This document shows positions 18,265 to 28,327 of a stretch of DNA of 59,860 nucleotides, one piece after another (position 1 is the first letter of the stretch; each line of letters opens with the position of its first letter). The position numbers and the translations under genes were made by a program. The notes below the pieces were generated by a model. It had not been told where the DNA came from. It did no database searches and saw only the letters and a program-made list of their open reading frames with translations. Origin of the DNA: a virus (Duplodnaviria; Caudoviricetes); the IMG/VR virus record IMGVR_UViG_3300037760_000140, positions 1-59,860 of that record; one strand, given 5' to 3'.

Positions 18265-20463
18265 GTGGCTACAGGTCCCCAGGTCGGCACAGCATGGGTC
18301 GCGATCGTCCCCTCTTTCCAGGGCTTCGCGTCGAGCATGCAGTCGGAGCTGTCGCAGGCTGCGTCCCGCGCGGCACGCCAGGCAGCCGACGAGGCGGCGC
18401 GGGAGTTCGGACGCGAGTTCGAGCGGGAGTCGGAGCGGAATCCGCCGGAGCCGTCGTGGGACATGTCCGGGGCTGGAGCCGCGGCCGGTGCTGCGGCTGC
18501 GGGTGCGCTTGGCCTGGGCTTCGCCGAGGCCATGGACGTCAGCACGGCCAACGCGACGCTGGCCGGCCAGCTGGACCTGACGACCGCGGAGGCGGAGCGC
18601 GCCGGCGAGATCGCTGGGTCGGTGTACTCCTCCGCTTGGGGTGGCAGCATTGAGGAGGTCAACGCTGCCCTGGGTGCGGTGACGTCGTCGGTGGTCGACA
18701 TGGCGGACGTCACTGACACCGAGCTGGCGTCCATGACTGCCTCCGCGATCGCACTGTCCGATGTTTTCGAGATGGACGTCGGTGAATCCACCGCCGCGGT
18801 GGGCAACTTGATCCGTAACGGTCTGGTTCCGGACGCTGAGGCGGGGTTCGACGCGATTGTCGCGGCCGCGCAGTCGGTGCCGGCGGCGATGCGCGCCGAC
18901 ATCCCGGCCGTGGTCACGGAGTACGGCAACCACCTGGCGCGGATCGGCCTGGATGCGGAGACCGCCTTCGGGTTGATGTCGCAGTATGTCAACGCCGGCG
19001 GGCGCGACCTGGACCAGGCGGCGGACGTGCTGCACGAGTTCGGCCGTATCGCGTTCGAGGAGGGCGAGCGATCCGCGGAGGCGTTCGAGGAGATCGGCCT
19101 CGACGCGGACAAGATGCTCGGCGCGATCTACAAGGGCGGCCCCGACGCCACCGAGGCCCTGGGCATGACCCTGGACGCGCTGCGGGACATGAAGGACCCG
19201 GCGGAGCAGTCCGCGATGGCCGTCGAGCTGTTCGGCGACATGGCTGGTGAGAGCACGGATGCATTGTGGGCGATGGACCCGGCGACCGCTGCGGCGGCAT
19301 CCGGCATGGACACCGCGGCCGGTTCGGCCGAGGAGCTGAAGGCACGCTTCGATGACGACCCGGCCGCGGTCTTCACCAGCAGCATGCGGACGCTGCAGAC
19401 GGAGTTGTCCACCGCGCTCGCGCCCGCGCTTGCCGCGGTGTCCGGGTGGGCGGCGGAAAACGGATCCACCATGCGCACGGCGGCGCTCGGTGTGGGTGCG
19501 CTGGTGGCTGCGGTGTTGCTGGTCAATGGTGCGATGGCGGTGTATCGGGCGGGCGCAATCGCGGTCACCGCAGCTACAACGATGTGGACCGGTGCGCAAT
19601 GGTTGCTGAACACGGCTTTCTTCACCTCGCCCATCACATGGATTACTCTCGGGATTCTGGCGCTGGTCGCCGGAATTGTGTTGATCGCGACTAAGACGAC
19701 GTGGTTTCAGACCGGTTTTTCAGCGTCGATGACGGCTATAGGTGTGGCCTGGGATTGGATTTGGGACAAGCTGCAAATGGGCTTTCGGGCCTTGGAGTTC
19801 CTCTTCTTCAATTTCACGGGACCAGGCTTGATCATCAAGCATTTCGGGACGATCAAGTCGGCAGTCGGGTCGGGGATCGGCTGGGTCAAGACGACCGTGG
19901 GCAGCGGAATCGGCTGGGTGATCGGCAAGTTCGGTGAGCTGGAAGCGCTGCCTGGGAAAATCGTCGGATGGATGACGGGAATTGGCGCGAAGATCGTCAC
20001 GCCTTTCCGTGACGGATTCCGTGACGGAATGAATTGGATCATCGACAAGTGGAATGGGCTCAGCTTCACCATCGGCGGCGGTTCATATGATCCGCTGGGG
20101 AAGTTCGGCCCGACGGTGAGTGTCCCATCATTCACTTTCAATACACCGCCCGTCCCGCGATTGGCATCCGGCGGTATCGCCCAGGCCACGCCTGGCGGCA
20201 TGCTGGCGCTGATCGCCGAGGGCGGTGAGGACGAGGTCGTCGCGCCGCTGTCCGCGCTTGAGCGGATGCTGCGGGACATCGCCCCGACGGTGCAGGCCCG
20301 CGTCGTCACCGGCCCGGCGGCAGCTCCGACGCCGCAGGTGGTGATCAAGCCGGACGGCACGAAGGCCAGCAAGATGTTGGTGGAGGTGCTCCAGCACGCG
20401 ATCCGCACCGATCTGCGTGGCGACGTGACCAGGCTCGGCAACAAGAAGCCGGGGACGGCATGA
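18265..20463 (+). CDS. tape measure protein (732 aa)
   Basis: VGTAWVAIVPSF start, Ala-rich helical sequence, periodic W/F, RLASGGI. Confidence 0.92.
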   Translation: MATGPQVGTAWVAIVPSFQGFASSMQSELSQAASRAARQAADEAAREFGREFERESERNPPEPSWDMSGAGAAAGAAAAGALGLGFAEAMDVSTANATLAGQLDLTTAEAERAGEIAGSVYSSAWGGSIEEVNAALGAVTSSVVDMADVTDTELASMTASAIALSDVFEMDVGESTAAVGNLIRNGLVPDAEAGFDAIVAAAQSVPAAMRADIPAVVTEYGNHLARIGLDAETAFGLMSQYVNAGGRDLDQAADVLHEFGRIAFEEGERSAEAFEEIGLDADKMLGAIYKGGPDATEALGMTLDALRDMKDPAEQSAMAVELFGDMAGESTDALWAMDPATAAAASGMDTAAGSAEELKARFDDDPAAVFTSSMRTLQTELSTALAPALAAVSGWAAENGSTMRTAALGVGALVAAVLLVNGAMAVYRAGAIAVTAATTMWTGAQWLLNTAFFTSPITWITLGILALVAGIVLIATKTTWFQTGFSASMTAIGVAWDWIWDKLQMGFRALEFLFFNFTGPGLIIKHFGTIKSAVGSGIGWVKTTVGSGIGWVIGKFGELEALPGKIVGWMTGIGAKIVTPFRDGFRDGMNWIIDKWNGLSFTIGGGSYDPLGKFGPTVSVPSFTFNTPPVPRLASGGIAQATPGGMLALIAEGGEDEVVAPLSALERMLRDIAPTVQARVVTGPAAAPTPQVVIKPDGTKASKMLVEVLQHAIRTDLRGDVTRLGNKKPGTA

Positions 20464-20951
20464 CGGCGCGGCGTGCGACGGTCCGGGTCCGCCCGGACCG
20501 CACCATCAAGCGGCACCGCACGGCGGCGGCAGCGGCAGCGGAGGCAGCCTGGTACGAGCGGGTGCCGTGGGCCGCCCCCCGGCTGCTGGACGTGACTGGC
20601 CGGATCCTGGTCGTCGAGACGTGCACGCCGCAGGTCCGCTGCGGGCCCCGGTGGCGGCCGGTCGCCGAACTGCACGCGCTGCTGGCGCGACTGCATGCCG
20701 AGGGCATTCATCACCGGGACGTCCACGTCCGCAACATCGTGCGCGGCCCGGACGGCGGCCCGTTGCTCATCGACTGGGAGACCGCGATCCACCAGCCGTC
20801 CGCCATGTCCTATGACCTGTACGGCCCGGACGCTTCCGGTGTGCCGGTGCCGGAGATCCACGCGCAGCACATCCCGCAGTGGTGGGGCTCCCCGCAGCGG
20901 TACTCGATCCGATCCCAGTGGAGGCGCGATGTACCAGCCCAGACGGCATAA
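20460..20951 (+). CDS. small protein-kinase-like phosphotransferase
   Basis: LARLHAEGIHHRDVHVRNIV catalytic loop and LIDWE; ATGA-coupled to TMP. Confidence 0.8.
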   Translation: MTARRATVRVRPDRTIKRHRTAAAAAAEAAWYERVPWAAPRLLDVTGRILVVETCTPQVRCGPRWRPVAELHALLARLHAEGIHHRDVHVRNIVRGPDGGPLLIDWETAIHQPSAMSYDLYGPDASGVPVPEIHAQHIPQWWGSPQRYSIRSQWRRDVPAQTA

Positions 20952-21477
20952 CGGCCAAGACGTGGGCACACCGATCCGCCCGGCCGCTCCGCGGTACGAG
21001 GCGATCCGCGCCGAACTCGGCGACCGCCGCGGCCTGCGCGTCCTGGACATCGGCGCGCACGAGGCTTATTTCAGCCTGCGGCTGGCGGAGGACCTGGACG
21101 CGCAAGTGACCGCAGTGGACTCCTGGCGCGGCCTGCGTCCCGCGCTGGCCGCTGCTGCGGACCCGCGAGTGACCGGCGTCTACGAGGACCTGACGCCCCA
21201 GTCGCTGGCCGCGCTCGGCGACTGGGACGTGATCCTGTGCCTGTCGGTGCTGCACCACGTGCCGTGGTGGGAGGCCATGCTGGAGATGATCCAGGCCCAG
21301 TCCCGGCTGCTGATCTGCGAGGTGGCGGTCGCCCGCGAGGTGCTGCCGAAGGCGGTCGTGCATTGCCCGGAGATCCCCGCCGCGGTGAAGGCCCTGGGCG
21401 GCCGGGTCATCTGCCGCACGCACGGCTACAAGAGCCGTCGCCAGCGGCCTATGTACGCGATCGGCGGCCTCGATTGA
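20929..21477 (+). CDS. class I SAM methyltransferase, WbdD-like
   Basis: VLDIGAHEAYFSLRLA, LSVLHH, ICEVAV, RPMY. Confidence 0.85.
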   Translation: MYQPRRHNGQDVGTPIRPAAPRYEAIRAELGDRRGLRVLDIGAHEAYFSLRLAEDLDAQVTAVDSWRGLRPALAAAADPRVTGVYEDLTPQSLAALGDWDVILCLSVLHHVPWWEAMLEMIQAQSRLLICEVAVAREVLPKAVVHCPEIPAAVKALGGRVICRTHGYKSRRQRPMYAIGGLD

Positions 21478-22148
21478 CCCAGGCCGCGCTCCGGATCGGG
21501 GTGGTGACCTCCGCGTGGGGCACCTACGGCCGGTGGCTGCCCGAGTGGGTCGCCTCCGTCGCCGCGCAGACCATGCGGCCCGAGCTGGTGACGATCGTGG
21601 ACGCCGGCGTGGACGATATCGGCCCGGCGCGGGAGGCATTGGAAGGCTCCGGGCTGGAGTGGCAGGTCGTCCGCGGCTCCTGCCGAGGGATGGGTGCGGC
21701 CCGGAATCGGGCGGTGGAGGCGACACCGTGCGAGTGGGTGATGCACCTGGACGCCGACGACGTGCTGCTACCGCACTGCCTGGCTGACGTGGCCGCCTTG
21801 ACGCCGCGCGCTGACGTGGTGTCGGTCGGCATGCTGCGTGGCGACCGCGAGGTGCTGTTCCCCCGCGCGTCCTGGCGCCGGGCGCTGGCCGGGCATCATG
21901 TGGCGTTCTCCTGCGCGCCGTTCCGCCGGGGGCTGTGGCAGCGGCGGCCTTACCTGACCGCCAATGACTGGGTGGACAGCGCGCTATGGGTCGGGTTCGC
22001 CCACCTCCGACCACGCTGGGCTGCCACCCGCCGCGCCGGAGCCGTGTACCGGCAGCACGACGACTCGTTCAGCCGCAGCCTCACCCGGGCGGACCGGGCC
22101 GCCGCACTGGTCCAGTTGCAAAACCTGCGCAGGAGGTGGACGCCATGA
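21474..22148 (+). CDS. GT2/GT-A glycosyltransferase
   Basis: SVAAQT, IVDAG, GAARNRAV, HLDADD; TTG start inferred from TTGA overlap. Confidence 0.85.
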   Translation: MTQAALRIGVVTSAWGTYGRWLPEWVASVAAQTMRPELVTIVDAGVDDIGPAREALEGSGLEWQVVRGSCRGMGAARNRAVEATPCEWVMHLDADDVLLPHCLADVAALTPRADVVSVGMLRGDREVLFPRASWRRALAGHHVAFSCAPFRRGLWQRRPYLTANDWVDSALWVGFAHLRPRWAATRRAGAVYRQHDDSFSRSLTRADRAAALVQLQNLRRRWTP

Positions 22149-22822
22149 CCGTCAGCGTGATCATCCCGTGGCGCCGCGGCTGTCCCCACCGCGAGGCCGC
22201 GCTCTCCTGGACCCTGGATCAATGGCGGGCGGCCGGACGCGAGCCGGTCCTCGGCCACGCCCCCGACGGCCCGTGGTGCAAAGCCGAAGCGGTCGCCGAA
22301 GCGCTCCCGCGCGCGACCGGCGAGGTGCTGGTCATCGCGGACGCCGATGTCTGGTGCGACGGCATCGAAGCAGCCGTGACCGCCGTACAGGGCGGGGCGC
22401 CGTGGGCGATCCCGCACGGCAAGGTGCACCGCCTGGCCGAACGGGCGACCTCTGATCTTCTGGCCGGCGGGCCACTTCGCGCTGACCTCGCGCAGCCCGC
22501 GTACCGGGGGTTCGAGGGCGGCGGCATCACCGTGCTGGGCCGGGCCCTGTATGACCAGGCTCCCCTGGATGCCCGCTTCATTTCTTGGGGCCAGGAAGAC
22601 GAAGCATGGGCGCTCGCGCTGCGGGCGCTGGCTGGTGCACCGTGGCGCGGTGACGCGCCGCTCTACCACCTGTGGCATCCGCCGCAGAAGCGCCTCAGCC
22701 GCCGGTGGGGCAGCCGCGACAGCCAGGCCCTGTACCGCCAGTACCGGCGTGCGGCAGGGCGGCCCGACCGAATGCGCGCCCTCCTCGCCGATGTCCAGCT
22801 GGAGCGGAGGGGCAGTGTCTGA
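22145..22822 (+). CDS. GT-A glycosyltransferase with GT7-like C-terminal motif
   Basis: VSVIIPW, IADAD, FISWGQEDEAW, YHLWH. Confidence 0.85.
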   Translation: MTVSVIIPWRRGCPHREAALSWTLDQWRAAGREPVLGHAPDGPWCKAEAVAEALPRATGEVLVIADADVWCDGIEAAVTAVQGGAPWAIPHGKVHRLAERATSDLLAGGPLRADLAQPAYRGFEGGGITVLGRALYDQAPLDARFISWGQEDEAWALALRALAGAPWRGDAPLYHLWHPPQKRLSRRWGSRDSQALYRQYRRAAGRPDRMRALLADVQLERRGSV

Positions 22823-25800
22823 GCACGCAGCATGGCCCGCTTCCGGCACGCTCCCGGTCCGTGTGGAGCTTGCGTTCGGCGCGGAGCCGGACGGCGACCA
22901 GGCCGCCTGGCAGTGGACGGACGTGTCCGCCGACGTGCCCGCGCAGGAGATCACGATCACGCGGGGCCGGGCGGACGAGTCCTCGGAGGCGCAGCCGACC
23001 TCCGCGTCTCTGCGCCTGGACAATCTCCACGGCCACTACACCCCGGACAACCCCATGTCGCCGTACTGGCCGCATGTGGGTCTGGGGACGCCGTGCCGGA
23101 TCGGCGTGCAGGTCCCGGACGTGCGGCACGTGCTGACGGCCGGGACCCCCACCGGCGGGGCGACGACTCCGCATACGTCTGCGCTGGACATCGCCGACGA
23201 GATCGACATCCGCGTGGAGGCGGGTCTGGCGTGGGACTCGCCCTATCCGCAGGTCCTGGCCTCCAAATGGGAGGGCTCCGAGCGGTCGTGGGCGCTGGCG
23301 GTGTGGGAGAACGCGCTGTTTTTCGTGGCGTCAACGGACGGCACGACGGCTGGGTCTGGCTGGAACGGCTGGCGGATCGGGGTGCGGCGCCGCGGCGCGG
23401 CCCGTGCCACTCTCCACGCGGACAGCGTGGCGGGGACGACGACGTGGCGCCTGTATCAGGCGCCGTCCATGGCTGGTCCGTGGGTGCTGCTGACGGAGTA
23501 CGTCAGCGCCGGCTACTCGCCGCTGCACGCCGGTACCGCGCCGGTGCGGATCGGTGGCGGTGTCGACGCCGGGCAGCTCGCTGATCTCCAGCAGATCGTG
23601 ACCGCCCTGCCTCCCGTCGCGGGCACCGCCCCGGCCGGGGAGCTGTACCGGGCGGAGATCCGTGACGGAATCGACGGCACGGTCGTCGCCGACCCGGATC
23701 TGACCCTGATGGCCGTCGGCGACACCGAGCACACCGACGGTGCGGGCCTGATCTGGACACTCGGCGCGGACGCGGAGGTCACTGACTGGCATGTGCGCAT
23801 GGCGGGCATGGTGGACGGCTGGCAGCCCGTCTGGCCGCACGGGGATCTATCCGATCCCACGCGGCCGGATGAAGTGCCGGGCGAGGCGCATGTGGACATC
23901 ACGGTGGCGGGCATCCTGCGGCGTCTGGGGCAGGGGCGGCCGCCGGTGCAGTCCACCCTGCGCCGCCGCATCCCCACGGCGGACCCCCCGCCAAAAGGCT
24001 ATTGGTCCATGGAGGACGGCGCGGACGCGACGGAAGCCGCGTCCGCGCTTCCCGGCGGCGCACCCCTGGCCCTGACCGGCGTGCAGTGGGCCGCCGATAC
24101 CACCCTGGGCGGCTCCGCTGCGCTGCCGACAATGGGGCAGGTCACGGACCTGTCCGGCGCCATCGTCGGCGCCACCGTGGGCGGCTGGCACGCCGAGATG
24201 GTCTACCGGCTGGACACGATGCCGGCGACGGAGCGGACGGTGCTGCGGCTATCGCTGGCCGGGGCGTCCGGCGGGGTGGTCGCGGTACGCGGCCGGGTCT
24301 CCACCGCAGGGATCAGGGTCCAGGCGTTGGACGACGACAACGCTGTCGTCGCCCAGTTTTTGTCCACGAACGCGGCCGGGATCGCGGCTTTTACTGGCGG
24401 CTGGAACCGGATGCAGCTGTTCAGCTACCAGTCGGGCGGTGACTGCTTCCTGCGGATGGCCTGGCGGGACGTCGGGGCGGACAGCTACTTTTTCGCCGGC
24501 ACGACGTGGTCCGGCTCGACTGTCGGCCGGGTCACGGCGGTGCGGGGCATCTGGGGCTCTGACTGGCAGGGCGCGGGCCTGGGCCACCTCGGCGTGTGGG
24601 ATGTCGGCGGAACGGGGCTGACGACGCCAGGCGTCAGTATCTACAACGGCGCGGACGATGGCTGGGTGGGCCAGCTCGCCGCCCAGCGCATCGCGGACGT
24701 CGCCGCCCTGGAGGGCATCCCGCTGGTGATGCGCGGGGACCTGGTCGGCACGGAGCGGGTGGGTCCGGAGCGGCCGCGTCCAGCGCTGGATCTGATCGCG
24801 GAGGCCGCCGCGGTGGACGGCGGAGTGCTGGGTGAGCAGCGGGTCGCACCGGGCCTGGAGTACCTGACCCGCGCGTCCTTCTACAACCTGTCGCCCGCGC
24901 TCGAACTCACGGCGCGGGATAACGAGATCGCCGAGCCGTTCGCACCGACCTTGGATGACCAGCGGATTCGCAACGACGTCACGATCACGCGCGAAGGCGG
25001 GGCGTCGGCGCGGGTGCGTGACGAGGAGTCTGTGACCGCGCGGGGCGAGTACGCGACATCGGAGACGATCAACGCCTACGTGGACGGGCAGCTGGAGCCG
25101 CGCGCGGCATGGGAGTTGCACCTGGGGACGTGGCCGGGGATGCGGTACCCGTCCCTCACGATGGATCTGGGGATAGCGCCGCACCTGATCCCCGCCTGGC
25201 TGACCACGGACACCGGCGACCGGGTCCGGGTGGACGGCCTCCCGCCGCAGCACCCGCCCGGCGCGGTGGATCTCCTCATGGAGGGCTACGCGGAGACGCT
25301 GTCGCCCGTCAACTGGGGCGTCACGGCGAACTGCTCTCCGGCTGGCCCGTGGACGACCGCCACCGTCACCCCGGAGACCCCGGCCGCAGGTGACCCGCCG
25401 TCCCACGCGGACGCAGCCGACACGGTGCTTGCACAGGGCGCCGCCGCGGCCGACACGACGCTGTGGGTGGATCCGCAGACGGACCCGGACTGGGTGGTGA
25501 CCGGCAGCACCGAGGCCATCGCGGAGGACTGGCCGGTCGACATCGTCGTGGGCGGGGAACAGGTGACGCTGACCGCGACCGGTGCCCGGCAGGACGCGCC
25601 GGCGCCGGGAGCCGGGGTGTCCGACACCAGCCACACCACTGACGCCCACGTGGCGCCGTCCGTGGACGCGCCGTCCGCAGCCGGGCTGCTGGTCTGCGCC
25701 TGGGCGTCGTACTCGGAGCCGGTGGCGTACACCGCGCCCGGGTCCATGACCGAGGTGGCCCAGGGCTCCGGGACCTGGTCCACCGGTCTGCTGTGCACGC

Positions 25801-26327
25801 AGGTCCTGGCCGCATCCGGGGCGACCGGGACCCGGACGGCGACGCTCGCCGCCATCGACTCCTACGGCGCGATCTCCCTCGTGGTCCCCGGGGCGGCGGT
25901 GGTGGAGGAGGCGCTGGACGGCTACGCGGCCGCCGGCGACGTCATCCTCACCACCGCGGCGGGGACCGAGGTCGGCTGGTGGCTGCTGGCCGTCCAGGCG
26001 TGGGACGAGGACCCCGGCGCCGCGATGGTGCCGCCGTCCGGGACCGGCTGGCACCTGGTCACCGAGTCGGTAGCCGTCGGCCTCAACGTTGCCCGGGTGC
26101 GGGCGTGGGCGCGGCGGGTGGAGACCGCCGGCGCCCACGAGGTGACCCTGGCCGACGGGGCGGTCACCGACAACCGCGGCTGGCTGCTCGTGCTGTCCGG
26201 CACGGACGGGGCCCTGGTCGGCACGGGGCAGCCGCTGACCGTCACCCGCTCCGTCAACGGAGTCATCAAACCGCATACGGCCGGGGCCGCGGTGCGCCTG
26301 GCCGATCCGGCGCCCGTACCGCTCTAA
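22815..26327 (+). CDS. large minor tail/baseplate protein (about 1170 aa)
   Basis: VELAFGA...WTDVS...ITITRGRADE N-terminus, LamG-like inserts, RSVNGVIKPH C-terminus; RBS ggagg. Confidence 0.85.
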   Translation: MSEHAAWPASGTLPVRVELAFGAEPDGDQAAWQWTDVSADVPAQEITITRGRADESSEAQPTSASLRLDNLHGHYTPDNPMSPYWPHVGLGTPCRIGVQVPDVRHVLTAGTPTGGATTPHTSALDIADEIDIRVEAGLAWDSPYPQVLASKWEGSERSWALAVWENALFFVASTDGTTAGSGWNGWRIGVRRRGAARATLHADSVAGTTTWRLYQAPSMAGPWVLLTEYVSAGYSPLHAGTAPVRIGGGVDAGQLADLQQIVTALPPVAGTAPAGELYRAEIRDGIDGTVVADPDLTLMAVGDTEHTDGAGLIWTLGADAEVTDWHVRMAGMVDGWQPVWPHGDLSDPTRPDEVPGEAHVDITVAGILRRLGQGRPPVQSTLRRRIPTADPPPKGYWSMEDGADATEAASALPGGAPLALTGVQWAADTTLGGSAALPTMGQVTDLSGAIVGATVGGWHAEMVYRLDTMPATERTVLRLSLAGASGGVVAVRGRVSTAGIRVQALDDDNAVVAQFLSTNAAGIAAFTGGWNRMQLFSYQSGGDCFLRMAWRDVGADSYFFAGTTWSGSTVGRVTAVRGIWGSDWQGAGLGHLGVWDVGGTGLTTPGVSIYNGADDGWVGQLAAQRIADVAALEGIPLVMRGDLVGTERVGPERPRPALDLIAEAAAVDGGVLGEQRVAPGLEYLTRASFYNLSPALELTARDNEIAEPFAPTLDDQRIRNDVTITREGGASARVRDEESVTARGEYATSETINAYVDGQLEPRAAWELHLGTWPGMRYPSLTMDLGIAPHLIPAWLTTDTGDRVRVDGLPPQHPPGAVDLLMEGYAETLSPVNWGVTANCSPAGPWTTATVTPETPAAGDPPSHADAADTVLAQGAAAADTTLWVDPQTDPDWVVTGSTEAIAEDWPVDIVVGGEQVTLTATGARQDAPAPGAGVSDTSHTTDAHVAPSVDAPSAAGLLVCAWASYSEPVAYTAPGSMTEVAQGSGTWSTGLLCTQVLAASGATGTRTATLAAIDSYGAISLVVPGAAVVEEALDGYAAAGDVILTTAAGTEVGWWLLAVQAWDEDPGAAMVPPSGTGWHLVTESVAVGLNVARVRAWARRVETAGAHEVTLADGAVTDNRGWLLVLSGTDGALVGTGQPLTVTRSVNGVIKPHTAGAAVRLADPAPVPL

Positions 26328-26339
26328 GGGAGGGACACT

Positions 26340-26870
26340 ATGCCGGGTTTTTGGCGGCCGGGTATGGCGATGACGGCGCCTCGGCTCAATCGCTGGGCGA
26401 TGCACATCGTGGAGCAGCCTGACAATCAGCTCGTCACCAACTCGACGGTGGTGGAGGACTCGGGTCTCGCCGTGCCTGTGGAGGAGGGCGCCGTCTACGA
26501 GTTCAGCGTGCTGGCCAGTATTCGGGCGCCGGTCTCGCCGGGGTCCACGGCGGGCGGGTTCCGGGCGGCGTGGAGTGTGCCGTCGGGTGTGTCCATGATG
26601 CGCTGGACCACCGGGCCGGGCCGGGAAAACACCGTGACCTCTTCCTCCAGCATGACGCATTGCGCGCTGGTCGTGCCCGGCTCCGCCACCACGGAGGTGA
26701 CCGTCGGCGGCGCCGGATCGTCCGTCTCCGTGGGGTACACGGAGACGGGGCTGATCGAGGGCGGCGACGCCGGGACGTGCGTGTTCCGCTTCGCGCAGTA
26801 CCAGGCGGGCGGTGGCGTGAGCGCCGAGCTGCGCGCGTTCAGCCGGCTCCTGTATCGCCGGATCGACTGA
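26340..26870 (+). CDS. minor tail protein
   Basis: WRPGMAMTAPRLN start, FRFAQ; RBS ggagg. Confidence 0.75.
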   Translation: MPGFWRPGMAMTAPRLNRWAMHIVEQPDNQLVTNSTVVEDSGLAVPVEEGAVYEFSVLASIRAPVSPGSTAGGFRAAWSVPSGVSMMRWTTGPGRENTVTSSSSMTHCALVVPGSATTEVTVGGAGSSVSVGYTETGLIEGGDAGTCVFRFAQYQAGGGVSAELRAFSRLLYRRID

Positions 26871-26925
26871 CCCCACCCCGCCCCGCGCCTCCTGGCCGGG
26901 GCGTTCGCATGTTCGAGGAGGGCCG

Positions 26926-27753
26926 ATGGATCTGATTACGCGCTCCGCCTGGGGCGCCCGCTCGTACCGCACGCCGTCCGGCGCGATCCCCTACGCGGGG
27001 CGGCCGCGCGGGGTGAAGGTGCACTACCTGGGCACGGCCTACAGTGACCGGCCGCACGCGCAGTGCGCCGGGTACGTGCGGCAGCTCCAGGCGTCCCATA
27101 TGGACGGCAACGGCTGGTCCGACATCGGCTACAGCTTCGTGGTGTGCAGCCACGGCCCCGTCTACGAGGGTCGCGGGCTGCGCCGGCGCAACTCGGCGAA
27201 CGGCGGCACCAGCCTGAATGAGGAGCACTACGCCGTGTGCGCGCTGCTGGGCTCCTCCGGGCTGACCCAGCCGCCGGACGCGCAGCTGCACGGTATCCGC
27301 GACGCCATCGAGTACTGCCGGACGAAGGGCCCGGCCGGGAGCGAGATCAAGGGCCACCGGGATGGCTACGCCACCGCGTGCCCCGGCGGCCCGCTGTACA
27401 CCTGGGTGCGCGGCGGCGCACCGCGACCTGAGGAGAGCGACGTGGCACTGACGAAGTCCGAGATCAAGGAGATCGCCGAGCTGTCCGCCGCCCGGGTGTG
27501 GCAGAAGGACGGCGTGATCGAGCGCCCGAACGACGGCGTGACCGGGAATCCGTACTGGGCCGGCAAGACCTATCTGCGGTACATCCTCAACACCGTCCGC
27601 GCCGTAGATGCGCGGATCAGGGCGCAGGACGTCGTCCTCGCGCAGCTCGCCGCCGCCCTCGCCGACCGGGACCAGGTCGACCCGGACGCACTGATCGCCC
27701 GCATCCGGGCGGAGCTGGCGTCCATCACCATCACCCTGAGCACGGAGGACTGA
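26926..27753 (+). CDS. endolysin, N-acetylmuramoyl-L-alanine amidase (PGRP-like)
   Basis: WSDIGYSF, YEGRG, GHRDGYATACPG. Confidence 0.92.
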   Translation: MDLITRSAWGARSYRTPSGAIPYAGRPRGVKVHYLGTAYSDRPHAQCAGYVRQLQASHMDGNGWSDIGYSFVVCSHGPVYEGRGLRRRNSANGGTSLNEEHYAVCALLGSSGLTQPPDAQLHGIRDAIEYCRTKGPAGSEIKGHRDGYATACPGGPLYTWVRGGAPRPEESDVALTKSEIKEIAELSAARVWQKDGVIERPNDGVTGNPYWAGKTYLRYILNTVRAVDARIRAQDVVLAQLAAALADRDQVDPDALIARIRAELASITITLSTED

Positions 27754-27756
27754 CCC

Positions 27757-28029
27757 ATGACCGAACATTTCCCCAACCCCCGCGAGCTCGGCGAGGCTGG
27801 CCGCGCTGGTGCCCGGTATGCCCGGGACCTGGTCGAGCGGGTTCTCGCGACGTTCGTGGTCGCGTTCAGCGGCGTCGCGGTCGCGGCTGGCCCGGCTGAC
27901 ATGTTCTCGGCGTCGTTCTGGGAGTCCGCGGCGGTCGCGGGCCTGGCGGCGGGCGGGTCCGTGGTGAAGGGTCTGATAGCCCGGGTGATCGGCAACCGCG
28001 ACAGCGCCAGCGCGGCGCCGGGCGTCTGA
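27757..28029 (+). CDS. holin (r1t-like)
   Basis: DLVERVLATFV, two TM segments; follows endolysin. Confidence 0.8.
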   Translation: MTEHFPNPRELGEAGRAGARYARDLVERVLATFVVAFSGVAVAAGPADMFSASFWESAAVAGLAAGGSVVKGLIARVIGNRDSASAAPGV

Positions 28030-28060
28030 TCCTGTCCCATGTATGCGGCCTGGAGGGCGT

Positions 28061-28327
28061 ATGGATGCCGCCATGGTCATGGCTATCGCCGCTCTGATCG
28101 GCGGGCCTGTGACCGGAGCGGCAGCCGTGTACGGCTCCCGGGCTGCGGGACGGGCCCAGCGGGAGGGCATTGTGCTCACGAGCTATGACAGCCTCACGGA
28201 CCAGTTGCAGGAGGAGCGTCGTGAGCTGCGTGCCGACCTGGCGACGGTCCGCGCGGAGTTGGCGGCGGAGCGGGCGGAGTGCGCGCGGTTGCGGCTGTTG
28301 GTGCAGCAGCTCGGGGGGTCGCCGTGA
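28061..28327 (+). CDS. membrane-anchored coiled-coil protein (lysis cassette)
   Basis: N-terminal TM segment, then heptads. Confidence 0.7.
   Translation: MDAAMVMAIAALIGGPVTGAAAVYGSRAAGRAQREGIVLTSYDSLTDQLQEERRELRADLATVRAELAAERAECARLRLLVQQLGGSP

Noticed and set aside
20929-21477. DNA methyltransferase of a restriction-modification system
   Set aside because: No DPPY/NPPY or PC catalytic motif; context is glycosyltransferases
551-26972. Long antisense ORFs (551-3289, 8481-10448, 10728-12593, 13180-15096, 24249-26972)
   Set aside because: Shadow frames of high-GC genes; no RBS or motifs; overlap well-supported genes on the other strand
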